From: Christensenellaceae bacterium
Lineage (GTDB): Bacteria > Bacillota > Clostridia > Christensenellales > Borkfalkiaceae
Assembly (NCBI GenBank): GCA_045655065.1
Contig: JAZOOP010000066.1
Span: forward strand, 1 to 56,184
DNA length: 56,184 bases
Direction: 5' to 3'
Of the stretch, positions 17,497-26,364 are shown piece after piece. The position numbers were made by a program, and so were the translations under genes. Numbering within the stretch: position 1 is the stretch's first letter; each line of letters opens with the position of its first letter. The notes below the pieces were generated by a model. That model made no database searches. It had not been told where the DNA came from and saw only the letters and a program-made list of their open reading frames with translations.

Positions 17497-20400
17497 TTAT
17501 TTATCTATTACTACTATACCATTTTTAAGCAATGGTTTATTATTAGAAATATACCAAACTTCCGTGCCCATATCATTAATTAGGTTGTTTGTTACAAACC
17601 TATTTTCAGTACCAACTGCAAAGAAACCTTTTTCAATTTTATAAGAGCCGTATACTGAAGACGCATATTCATCTGGAACAACGTATACGTTAGTCATAAG
17701 CAACGTGCCAGAGCCGTGTGTTACCCTTAAATCGTTTGAAGTTACGTCTCTATTAATATCAATATAAATATTTTTAGCAGTAGCATTATTAGACACCTTC
17801 ATTAAATAACCACTTTGAGCGCCACTCCAAGTTGAATAGTTAGTGCCGTTATAGGTTGTAGCAACCCTACCCTCAATAAACCCGTCTAAAATAACGTTTT
17901 CTACGTTACCAGAACAAGATGATATTAAACTTGAAGCACCACACATTACATCCCAGAATTTTTTTACCGTTAGGTTATGAACTTCTAAGTTTCTAATTTC
18001 ACCCGTAACTTTGCCAAACACTTGTTTACCTGTAACACTTTCCCAATCGTTAGGCACAAGTTTAATGTTGTTTAGCGCATAGCCGTTACCATTAAACAAC
18101 CCACCAATATTAATACCACCTGAAACAGAAATGCCAGAGAAATTTAAATCTTTGGTCAATAACGCATAGTCGGTTGATTGAAGACTTAAAAAAGCACTTG
18201 TAGTTGAAATATATTTGTTATAAATTAATAAGTCTACAAACTTGTAGGTGTAATCGTTATAACTTATTATAATTTTTGTTCTACCACCCTTTTTAGGTGT
18301 AAGAACACCATTAATATCTATTTCGGCTACGCTTTCATCTTCAACAGTGTAAATAAAGTTGCTTGCGCTATATTTATGGTTAGAAGAAGTTTCTAAGAAA
18401 TTAACGCTAGGTGTCATTTCAAACTCACCATTACCGGTATATAGCGTTAAAGATTCTTTATAAGAAATAGTAACTTTTAATATTACGTCTACTTCGCAAT
18501 AGAAAGTATATTCCTCCCCGCCATAGGTATGAACAGCGGTTATAATAACAGGTGTGCCTTTTTGGTTAACATCTAAAGCCCTAACTACACCGTCGTTAGA
18601 AACGCTAACTAAACTTGGGTTACTAGAAGTCCATACGGTTTTTCCACCTTCTACTACGTTTCCACCTAACGTTTTAGTAATTTTAAGTTTATATTCGTTG
18701 GTGCGATATAACGTTATATCGGTAGAGTTTATGGTTACTAGTTCTACAGGTACGTTATTATCTTTAACGTTAACGTTGCACTTTAAGAAACCATCTTCAT
18801 AATAACAAATAACGTAAGCAGTTCCAACGTTTTCTGCCGTTACTAAGCCGTTTTCAGAAATTGTGCAAACACTTTCATCTAAAGAAGCCCAAACAAATTC
18901 TCCACTATAGTTTTCAATGGTAAGTTGATAAGTTTCGTTAAGAGCAATTTCTAACTCTTCATTTGAAAGTTTAACTTTTTCCTTTATAGTTTTAGAACTT
19001 ACTACACCATTTGGTAATACGATGGTTGGTAAAGATATGCAACTTTCAAATATACCTTTACCTGCACTACTTAATAGGCTGTTTTCTTCAAACACTACGC
19101 TATTTAATTTAACGCAGTAAGCAAAAGCATAATTGCCTATTGTTCTTACACTTGCAGGAATTTCTATGGTTTTTATAGATTTACAGCCGTAGAAAGAATA
19201 ATCTGAAATGCTAGTTATGTCTGTTAATTGAACGTCGGTAACTAGTGTGCCGTTTAAATATAGGTTATAACCTAAGTATAGGCTAATGCCGTTTTTTGCT
19301 ATAAAGTTAATAGCAATTTCTTTTTCAGCCCACTCTTCCATAGTGCCTATAAAGTTAATTTTTGCAATATTACTATAAACGTTAAACTCGCCCGTTAATT
19401 TTGCTACTGCACTTGCAGGTAATTCTAGTTCTTCTATGTTATTACACATATAGAAGGCTTCTGCCCCTAAACTAACTAACTCTGCACCTTCTCTAATTAT
19501 TACCTTTTCTAACTTACTACAAGAAATAAATGCTCTGTTTGCAATAGTAGTTATTGTTGAAGGAATTATAACCGAAGTTACGTTACATTTGTTAAACGCA
19601 TAATATTCTATAGTTTTTACAGGCAAGCCGTTATAGTTAGTTGCAATAATAACGTTTGTTTCCGTGCCGTTATAACCTGTAACCATAGCGTACGTGCCGT
19701 CGTTAGAAATAGAATAAGATAGCCCTTCGGTTGGCAGTTCTAAACTACAAATATCGCAAATATCGTTTGCATTGTGGTCAGTATGCGCTTGTTTATCTTT
19801 TATAGTTTCGCAATTTACACATTCTACCCAATGGAAATAACTATCCGTTGTATAAGTGCTTTCCCAACTATGTGGTAAAACAGCAGTATAATTTACCTTT
19901 TCTTCTTTGCCACATATTGTACAAATTTTATGTTCGTAACCTTGAGCAGTGCAAGTTGCATTTATTGTTTCAACATCAAATTGGTGGTCGTTATAAGAGC
20001 CGAACCTATATTCAACGTCTTCGCAATGCGTACATTCACGGTAGAATAGTTTGTTTTCGCAAGTGGTTTGGCCGTTACCAAATATTTGCCATTCTCCATA
20101 GTTATGTATATTAGGAACTTCTATAGGTGCTAAAACCGTGCCGTCTGTTAAAGTTATAACAAGCCTGCCTTGGTTATCGTATTCCATTTTTTCTATAGTT
20201 GCGCAAGCATCACCGATTTCGCCATATGCGTTATACTCTGTTTTAACGCCGTCTATTACCCAATACCCGTCGTTGCTTATTTCTATATTTGGAATAACGC
20301 CGTCGTTGCCGTCTGCACCATTTGAGCCATTTGCTCCGTCTTGCCCGTTAGAGCCAACTGCTTTATATTCGGTTTTAACTCCGTTAATTACCCAATACCC

Positions 20401-22449
20401 ATCTTGGCTTATTTCTATGGTTGGAACAACTCCGTCTTTGCCGTCTTCGCCATTTGCTCCGTTAGAGCCGTTTTGCCCGTTAGCACCAATTGCCTTGTGT
20501 TCGGTTTTAACTCCATCAATAACCCAATACCCGTCTTGGCTAATTTCTATAGTTGGAACTTTTCCGTCGTTGCCGTTAGAGCCGTTTGTTCCGTCTGAGC
20601 CTATTGCTTTATATTGGGTTTTTTCTCCGTTAATTACCCAATAACCGTCTTGGCTAATTTCTATAGTTGGAACTTTTCCGTCGTTGCCGTCTGCACCATT
20701 TGAGCCATTTGCTCCGTCTTGCCCGTTAGAGCCAACTGCCTTATATTCGGTTTTAACTCCGTTAATTACCCAATATCCGTCTTCGCTGATATCTATGGTT
20801 GGAACAACTCCGTCTTTACCATCTTCGCCATTAGCGCCGTTAGAGCCGTTTTGCCCGTTAGAGCCAACTGCCTTATGCTCGGTTTTTTCGCCGTTGATTA
20901 TCCAATATCCGTCTTGGCTAATTTGTATAGTTGGAACTTCACCGTCAGCACCATTTGCGCCGTTTGCTCCGTCTTCGCCAACTGCTTTATATTGGGTTTT
21001 TTCGCCGTTGATTACCCAATATCCGTCTTGACTAATTTCTATAGTTGGAACAACTCCGTCTTTACCATCTTCGCCATTAGCGCCGTTAGAGCCGTTTTGC
21101 CCGTTAGCACCAATTGCCTTGTGTTCGGTTTTAACTCCATCAATAACCCAATACCCGTCTTGACTAATTTCTATAGTTGGCATTAAACTATTTCCGTCGT
21201 CGGTAGCAATTGCCTTATGTTCAGTTTTAACGCCGTTAATTACCCAATAACCATCTTGGCTTACTTGTATGGTTGGAACAACTCCATCTACGCCGTCTTT
21301 TCCGTTTGTGCCGTCTTGCCCGTCTTGACCATCTTCACCAATAGCCTTGTATTCGGTTTTAACTCCGTTTATAACCCAATATCCGTCTTCACTAATTTCT
21401 ATTGAAGGGGTTACTCCGTCAACGCCGTTTGTACCATTTGTACCGTTTTGCCCGTCTTGACCATCTTCACCAATAGCCTTGTATTCGGTTTCAACCCCAT
21501 TAATAACCCAATAGCCATCTTCACTAATTTCTATTGAAGGGGTTACTCCATCAACGCCGTTTGAACCATTTGTACCGTTTGCGCCGTTTTGACCATTAGA
21601 GCCAATGGCCTTATATTCGGTTTCAACTCCGTTAATTACCCAATATCCGTCTTCACTAATTTCTATTGAAGGTATTACTCCGTCTTCGCCGTTTGAACCA
21701 TTTGTACCGTTTGCGCCATTTTGACCATTAGAGCCAATGGCTTTATACTCGGTTTTAACTCCGTTAATTACCCAATAGCCGTCTTGGCTAATTTCTATTG
21801 AAGGGGTAACGCCGTCTTCGCCGTTAGAGCCGTTTGCTCCGTCGTTTCCAATAGCCTTATGCTCGGTTTTAACTCCGTTAATAACCCAATAGCCGTCTTC
21901 ACTAATTTCTATAGTTGGTATTTCGCCGTCAGTGCCATTATCACCATTTGCTCCGTTAGAGCCATTAGCACCATTATAGCCAACTGCTTTATATTGGGTT
22001 TTTTCGCCGTTTATTACCCAATAGCCGTCTCCACTAACTTCTATAGTTGGTATTAAACCATCTGCACCATTAGCACCATTTGTGCCGTTTGCACCATTAG
22101 AACCATTAGAGCCAACTGCCTTATATTCAGTTTTTACACCATTAATTACCCAATATCCGTCTTCGCTGATATCTATTGAAGGGGTTACTCCGTTTTCGCC
22201 GTCTTCGCCGTCTTCACCCTTATCGCCTTTATCACCTTTGTCGCCCTTATCGCCTTTTTCACCCTTAATGGTTTCTAACCATTCTTCATAACTTAGTGGT
22301 GTTTGGCCATCTGTTTGCATTTGGGCTACGTATAAATTGTATTTTTCATAACTTTCGCCACTCTGTTTATTACCACAACCAATTACTGCAAACGCAGAAA
22401 CACTCGCGATTAACAACGTAAGTAAAAATATTAGTATTTTCTTTTTCAT
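17497..22449 (-). CDS. Giant surface lipoprotein (1650 aa) with six domain regions
   Basis: Domains in order: interrupted collagen-like repeats, 10-Cys module, BspA-type LRRs, three Big_2-like domains, and a C-terminal beta-helix-like domain. Signal peptide plus lipobox VIGC; AAAGGAG RBS. There are 16 GXY-tract/PTIEISxDGYWVINGxKTEYKAxG units. The LRR and Ig-like (VxWxSSNxxVxxVSxxGxVxA) motifs and the GGLFNGNGYALNNI motif were read from the translation. Confidence 0.85.
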   Translation of the reverse strand: MKKKILIFLLTLLIASVSAFAVIGCGNKQSGESYEKYNLYVAQMQTDGQTPLSYEEWLETIKGEKGDKGDKGDKGDKGEDGEDGENGVTPSIDISEDGYWVINGVKTEYKAVGSNGSNGANGTNGANGADGLIPTIEVSGDGYWVINGEKTQYKAVGYNGANGSNGANGDNGTDGEIPTIEISEDGYWVINGVKTEHKAIGNDGANGSNGEDGVTPSIEISQDGYWVINGVKTEYKAIGSNGQNGANGTNGSNGEDGVIPSIEISEDGYWVINGVETEYKAIGSNGQNGANGTNGSNGVDGVTPSIEISEDGYWVINGVETEYKAIGEDGQDGQNGTNGTNGVDGVTPSIEISEDGYWVINGVKTEYKAIGEDGQDGQDGTNGKDGVDGVVPTIQVSQDGYWVINGVKTEHKAIATDDGNSLMPTIEISQDGYWVIDGVKTEHKAIGANGQNGSNGANGEDGKDGVVPTIEISQDGYWVINGEKTQYKAVGEDGANGANGADGEVPTIQISQDGYWIINGEKTEHKAVGSNGQNGSNGANGEDGKDGVVPTIDISEDGYWVINGVKTEYKAVGSNGQDGANGSNGADGNDGKVPTIEISQDGYWVINGEKTQYKAIGSDGTNGSNGNDGKVPTIEISQDGYWVIDGVKTEHKAIGANGQNGSNGANGEDGKDGVVPTIEISQDGYWVINGVKTEYKAVGSNGQDGANGSNGADGNDGVIPNIEISNDGYWVIDGVKTEYNAYGEIGDACATIEKMEYDNQGRLVITLTDGTVLAPIEVPNIHNYGEWQIFGNGQTTCENKLFYRECTHCEDVEYRFGSYNDHQFDVETINATCTAQGYEHKICTICGKEEKVNYTAVLPHSWESTYTTDSYFHWVECVNCETIKDKQAHTDHNANDICDICSLELPTEGLSYSISNDGTYAMVTGYNGTETNVIIATNYNGLPVKTIEYYAFNKCNVTSVIIPSTITTIANRAFISCSKLEKVIIREGAELVSLGAEAFYMCNNIEELELPASAVAKLTGEFNVYSNIAKINFIGTMEEWAEKEIAINFIAKNGISLYLGYNLYLNGTLVTDVQLTDITSISDYSFYGCKSIKTIEIPASVRTIGNYAFAYCVKLNSVVFEENSLLSSAGKGIFESCISLPTIVLPNGVVSSKTIKEKVKLSNEELEIALNETYQLTIENYSGEFVWASLDESVCTISENGLVTAENVGTAYVICYYEDGFLKCNVNVKDNNVPVELVTINSTDITLYRTNEYKLKITKTLGGNVVEGGKTVWTSSNPSLVSVSNDGVVRALDVNQKGTPVIITAVHTYGGEEYTFYCEVDVILKVTISYKESLTLYTGNGEFEMTPSVNFLETSSNHKYSASNFIYTVEDESVAEIDINGVLTPKKGGRTKIIISYNDYTYKFVDLLIYNKYISTTSAFLSLQSTDYALLTKDLNFSGISVSGGINIGGLFNGNGYALNNIKLVPNDWESVTGKQVFGKVTGEIRNLEVHNLTVKKFWDVMCGASSLISSCSGNVENVILDGFIEGRVATTYNGTNYSTWSGAQSGYLMKVSNNATAKNIYIDINRDVTSNDLRVTHGSGTLLMTNVYVVPDEYASSVYGSYKIEKGFFAVGTENRFVTNNLINDMGTEVWYISNNKPLLKNGIVVIDK
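20221..22263 (-). repeat. 16 in-frame coding repeats of 96-132 nt
   Basis: Each unit is a GXY tract (2-6 triplets) plus a 26-aa module. The array is preceded by (GDK)n collagen-like triplets. It spans aa 63-743 of the 1650-aa protein. Units are 44, 38 or 32 aa, and blocks of 2-3 units are themselves duplicated. Confidence 0.9.
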
Positions 22450-22508
22450 CTACAGCTCCTTTTATGATAATGCATTAACTGAGTAACAATTCTTTTTTAC
22501 TTTTTATT

Positions 22509-24611
22509 TTAATATTTTACGCTATATAAAATATCTTCGTAGGTTGGGTAAGGTAAGAAAGATTTGCCTGTTAAAAGTTCTGCTTCATCTGCAAACTTTC
22601 TAACTTCTTTCATATCTTTAATAATAACGTCTCGGCAATATTCAGCACGTTTAAGAGTGCCTTTTTCGTTATCTAGTTTAATAACGTCTGCCTCTAACTT
22701 GTCTAGTGCTATAGCAAACTTATCGGTTAACTCGCTTAGTTTTTCTATTAAAGAAGTTTCTAACCTAGAGCCAAGTTTTTTACTTAGCGCTTTTTTACCT
22801 TTTAATTCTTTAAGCAAGAAACTTTCGTAAGAAATTATTGCAGGGGTAATTTCTTTTCTTGCCATATCTATAGCAGTTAAAGCCTCTATGTGAATAATAT
22901 TAGCATAGTTTTCTAATAGAATTTCCATTCTAGAAGCAATTTCGTTTTTACTTAATACCTTGTGTTTTTCAAAGGTAGCAACGTTTTTATCTTGCATAAA
23001 TAGTGGAAGAGCATCTACGGTAGTTCTTAAATTTAATAGGCCACGAGCTTTTGCTTCTTCTTCCCACTCTTTAGAATAACTATTGCCAGAAAATAAAATT
23101 CTTTTGTGCTTAATAACGGTATTTTTAATAAGTTTGTTAAGTTCTGCCTTAAAGTCTTTTGCTTTTTCTAAAACGTCGGCAAACTTGCTTAGTTCTTCGG
23201 CCACTATAGTATTTAATATGTAGTTAGGGCAAGCAATATTTTCAGAAGAGCCTACCATTCTAAATTCAAACTTATTACCTGTAAACGCAAAAGGAGAAGT
23301 TCTGTTTCTATCGGTAGAGTCTTTTGGTATAGGTGGCAAGGTAGAAATACCAATTTTTAGGTTAGAATTCTTTTTAGCCTTATATACCCCACCCGTTTCT
23401 ATTGCACTTAAAATAGCATCTAGTTCTTCGCCTAAATAAATAGAGATTATTGCTGGTGGTGCTTCTTTTTCGCCTAAACGCAAGTCATTACTAGCAGATG
23501 CAACGGAAATTCTTAACAAGTCTTGATATTCATCTACAGCCTTAATAACTGCAACTAAGAATAGTAAGAATTGTGCGTTGTCCATAGGGGTTTCACCTGG
23601 TTCTAGTAGGTTTTCACCCGTGTCGGTTACAATAGACCAGTTGTCGTGTTTACCACTGCCGTTAACGGTTGCAAAAGGTTTTTCGTGCAATAAACATACT
23701 AAGCCGTGCCTATTTGCAACGCTTTTTAATATTTCCATTGTTAATTGGTTTTGGTCGCTAGCAATGTTACAAGAAACGTAAATTGGCGCAAGTTCGTGTT
23801 GGCTTGGCGCAACTTCGTTATGTTTAGTTTTTGCTAAAACCCCTAACTTCCAAAGTTCTTCATCTACTTCTTTCATAAAAGCAGAAACCCTGCTTTTAAT
23901 AGCGCCATAGTAGTGGTCTTCTAATTCTTGACCTTTACTTGGCCTTGCACCAAATAAAGTTCTGCCACAATGTATTAAGTCTATACGTTTTTCGTAAACA
24001 CTTTTATCAATTAAAAAATATTCTTGTTCAGCACCAACGGTAGGGGTAACCCTTTTAACCTTTTCGTTACCAAAAAGTTTTATTATTCTTAATGCTTGCT
24101 TGTTAAAAGCATCCATAGAACGTAGTAGTGGGGTTTTCTTATCTAACGCTTCGCCACCATAAGAACAGAATGCCGTTGGAATATATAAACTGCCGTCTTT
24201 AACGAAAGCATAAGAAGTAGGGTCCCAAGCGGTGTAGCCCCTTGCTTCAAAAGTAGCACGTAAGCCACCAGAAGGGAAAGAAGACGCATCTGATTCACCT
24301 TTAACTAAAGATTTTTCGCTAAAGTTCATAATAACGTCGCTATCGCCTACAGGCTTAATAAAACTATCGTGTTTTTCGGCAGTAATCCCCGTCATAGGTT
24401 GGAACCAATGTGTATAATGAGTTGCACCTTTTTCTATTGCCCAATCTTTCATAGCATTTGCTACTTCTTTTGCGCATTCAATAGTTAAAGGCGTACCTGT
24501 ATTTATAGCGTTTCTAACTTCGCTATAAATTTCTTTAGACAATTTTTCTTTCATAACCTTGTCGTTAAACACCATTGTTCCAAAAATTTCGGGAACACAC
24601 ATACTTTTCAT
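22509..24611 (-). CDS. glnN: Glutamine synthetase, type III
   Basis: ~700 aa, with a GSIII N-terminal domain (THYTHWFQPMTG) and catalytic-domain motifs (NGSGKHDNWS, NRTSPFAFTGNKFEFR). Confidence 0.93.
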   Translation of the reverse strand: MKSMCVPEIFGTMVFNDKVMKEKLSKEIYSEVRNAINTGTPLTIECAKEVANAMKDWAIEKGATHYTHWFQPMTGITAEKHDSFIKPVGDSDVIMNFSEKSLVKGESDASSFPSGGLRATFEARGYTAWDPTSYAFVKDGSLYIPTAFCSYGGEALDKKTPLLRSMDAFNKQALRIIKLFGNEKVKRVTPTVGAEQEYFLIDKSVYEKRIDLIHCGRTLFGARPSKGQELEDHYYGAIKSRVSAFMKEVDEELWKLGVLAKTKHNEVAPSQHELAPIYVSCNIASDQNQLTMEILKSVANRHGLVCLLHEKPFATVNGSGKHDNWSIVTDTGENLLEPGETPMDNAQFLLFLVAVIKAVDEYQDLLRISVASASNDLRLGEKEAPPAIISIYLGEELDAILSAIETGGVYKAKKNSNLKIGISTLPPIPKDSTDRNRTSPFAFTGNKFEFRMVGSSENIACPNYILNTIVAEELSKFADVLEKAKDFKAELNKLIKNTVIKHKRILFSGNSYSKEWEEEAKARGLLNLRTTVDALPLFMQDKNVATFEKHKVLSKNEIASRMEILLENYANIIHIEALTAIDMARKEITPAIISYESFLLKELKGKKALSKKLGSRLETSLIEKLSELTDKFAIALDKLEADVIKLDNEKGTLKRAEYCRDVIIKDMKEVRKFADEAELLTGKSFLPYPTYEDILYSVKY

Positions 24612-24656
24612 AAAATACTCCTAAAAAAATGTATACTAATTCATTATATATAAGAA

Positions 24657-24685
24657 ATTTTAACATTTATATACATAAATGTCAA
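24657..24685 (-). promoter_or_regulatory. Sigma-A promoter of glnN with an embedded 8-4-8 palindrome
   Basis: Minus-strand TTGACA (24685-24680), a 17-nt spacer, then TAAAAT (24662-24657). ACATTTAT-atac-ATAAATGT (24663-24682) fills the spacer. Confidence 0.6.
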
Positions 24686-24784
24686 CTTAGTTATAATAAA
24701 TTACCTATTAATCGCCTCTTTTTTTATATATTTTGCAGTTAGAAAAAAAATATTTTAAAAGTAATAACGAATTTTACAAAATAA

Positions 24785-24813
24785 TTGACTAATGTAAAAA
24801 AAAATATTATACT
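24785..24813 (+). promoter_or_regulatory. Sigma-A promoter of the GMP synthase subunit gene
   Basis: TTGACT (24785-90), a 17-nt spacer, then TATACT (24808-13). Confidence 0.55.
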
Positions 24814-24861
24814 ATTTTATATAAAAATTATGTAAAAATATCGTCGGTTTTGGAGGGATTT

Positions 24862-25842
24862 ATGGATTGTAACGTTCGTCCTGCAAGTATGGAAAGAATA
24901 GTTAATTTAGAACTTGCTAACGCATTTATAGAACAAGAAGTAAATAAAGTTAGAGAACAAGTTAAAGATAAAAAGGTTTTATTAGCATTATCTGGTGGTG
25001 TAGATAGTTCTGTAGTTGCAGCACTTTTAATTAAGGCTATTGGCAAACAACTAGTTTGCGTGCACGTTAACCACGGCTTAATGCGTAAAGGTGAAAGCGA
25101 ACAAGTTATAGAAGTTTTTGGCAAAGAATTAGATGCTAACCTAATTTACGTAGACGCTACAGACCGTTTCTTAAATTTATTAGCAGGTGTTTCTGCTCCA
25201 GAACAAAAAAGAAAAATTATTGGTGGCGAATTCATTAAAGTTTTTGATGAAGAAGCAAAAAAATTAACCGATATCAACTTCTTAGCGCAAGGCACCATTT
25301 ACCCAGACATTTTAGAAAGTAAAGGTGTAAAAGCGCACCACAACGTTGGTGGACTTCCTGAAGATATGAAGTTTGAACTTGTAGAACCAATTAAACTTTT
25401 ATATAAAGACGAAGTTAGAATTGTAGGTAAAGCACTAGGCTTGCCAGATAATATGGTGTTTAGGCAACCTTTCCCAGGCCCAGGGCTTGGCGTTAGATGT
25501 TTAGGCGCTATTACGAGAGATAGATTAGAAGCGTTAAGAGAAGCCGACGCTATTTTAAGAGAAGAATTTGAAATTTGTGGCTTAGCCGAAAAAGTATGGC
25601 AATATTTTATAGCCGTTCCAGATATGAAGAGCGTTGGCGTTAGAAACGATATGCGCTACGAAGGTTGGCCTGCTATTATTAGAGCCGTTAACACGGTAGA
25701 CGCAATGACTGCAACCATTGAAGAAATACCTTACGAAGTATTACATAAAATAACCGCTAGAATTACCAACGAAGTAGAAGGTATTAACAGGGTTTTATTA
25801 GACCTAACACCAAAGCCAATTGGCACTATAGAGTGGGAATAA
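24862..25842 (+). CDS. guaA: GMP synthase ATP-pyrophosphatase/dimerisation subunit only (no glutamine amidotransferase domain)
   Basis: SGGVDSSV PP-loop, full C-terminal domain ending KPIGTIEWE. The ATG at 24862 is preceded by GGAGGG. There are only ~45 aa before the PP-loop, against ~230 aa in fused GuaA. Confidence 0.85.
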   Translation: MDCNVRPASMERIVNLELANAFIEQEVNKVREQVKDKKVLLALSGGVDSSVVAALLIKAIGKQLVCVHVNHGLMRKGESEQVIEVFGKELDANLIYVDATDRFLNLLAGVSAPEQKRKIIGGEFIKVFDEEAKKLTDINFLAQGTIYPDILESKGVKAHHNVGGLPEDMKFELVEPIKLLYKDEVRIVGKALGLPDNMVFRQPFPGPGLGVRCLGAITRDRLEALREADAILREEFEICGLAEKVWQYFIAVPDMKSVGVRNDMRYEGWPAIIRAVNTVDAMTATIEEIPYEVLHKITARITNEVEGINRVLLDLTPKPIGTIEWE

Positions 25843-25868
25843 ACACCTAAACTTTCTAGGGGGTAAAA

Positions 25869-26279
25869 ATGGATAGAAAATTTAATAAATTCTTTTACGT
25901 ATTGGTACACGTTTTAGAATATATAATAGCAGTATTAACCATTATTGTTTTGCTTGGTTTACTTGGGCTTGAAGTATATAAAATGTTTACCGTTGCAGAT
26001 TATTTTGCTTCGGCAGATACTTTTCTTAAAAACGTGTTAACAATAGTTGTAGGGCTAGAATTTGTTAGAATGTTAATTAACCTAACACCTGCTAACACTT
26101 TAGAAGTTTTAATAGTGGCAATAGCAAGGCAAGTTATTATTAACCACGATAATGCTATTAGCAACCTAGTTTGCGTCGCTTGTATTGCAGGGCTATTTGC
26201 AATTCGTAAATTCTTAATTTCTAAAAACGATTATAAGAAAGGTCTTTCTGAAGAATTAGAAGATTCTTCTAATAAATAA
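25869..26279 (+). CDS. psiE: PsiE-family (phosphate-starvation-inducible) membrane protein
   Basis: Four TM helices with the GLEFVRML / IAIARQVI pattern typical of PsiE. Confidence 0.6.
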   Translation: MDRKFNKFFYVLVHVLEYIIAVLTIIVLLGLLGLEVYKMFTVADYFASADTFLKNVLTIVVGLEFVRMLINLTPANTLEVLIVAIARQVIINHDNAISNLVCVACIAGLFAIRKFLISKNDYKKGLSEELEDSSNK

Positions 26280-26303
26280 ATTAAATAAAAAATAAAAAAA
26301 TTA

Positions 26304-26330
26304 AAAACGCATGCAAACGCTTGCGTTTTT
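26304..26330 (+). terminator. Terminator after psiE (module shared with 26813-26840)
   Basis: ACGCATGC-aaac-GCTTGCGT stem followed by a T-run. It is followed by CTAGTTAACAATTA, as in the second copy. Confidence 0.7.
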
Positions 26331-26364
26331 TTCTAGTTAACAATTATTTTTTATTGCTCTTACC

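Noticed and set aside
20221-22263. Regularly spaced ~130-bp repeats that could look like a CRISPR array or other non-coding tandem array.
   Set aside because: The repeats are long and degenerate, all multiples of 3, and sit in one uninterrupted 4.9-kb reading frame with a signal peptide. There are no short invariant repeats with unique spacers and no cas genes.
20138-22291. A series of plus-strand ORFs (20138-20644, 20341-20598, 20684-21031, 20719-21186, 21217-21405, 21859-22056, 22082-22291) with repetitive Pro/Ser/Leu-rich or Asn/Phe-rich products.
   Set aside because: They are antisense shadows of the 16 collagen-like repeats of the 1650-aa minus-strand gene. They have no RBS, and their repetitiveness simply mirrors the sense-strand repeats.
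17257-22653. A diversity-generating retroelement (template/variable repeat pair) as the explanation for the 152-bp duplicate next to a variable surface protein.
   Set aside because: The differences are not adenine-specific. They are third-codon-position changes in glnN, no reverse transcriptase gene is nearby, and the repeat is part of glnN rather than of the surface gene.
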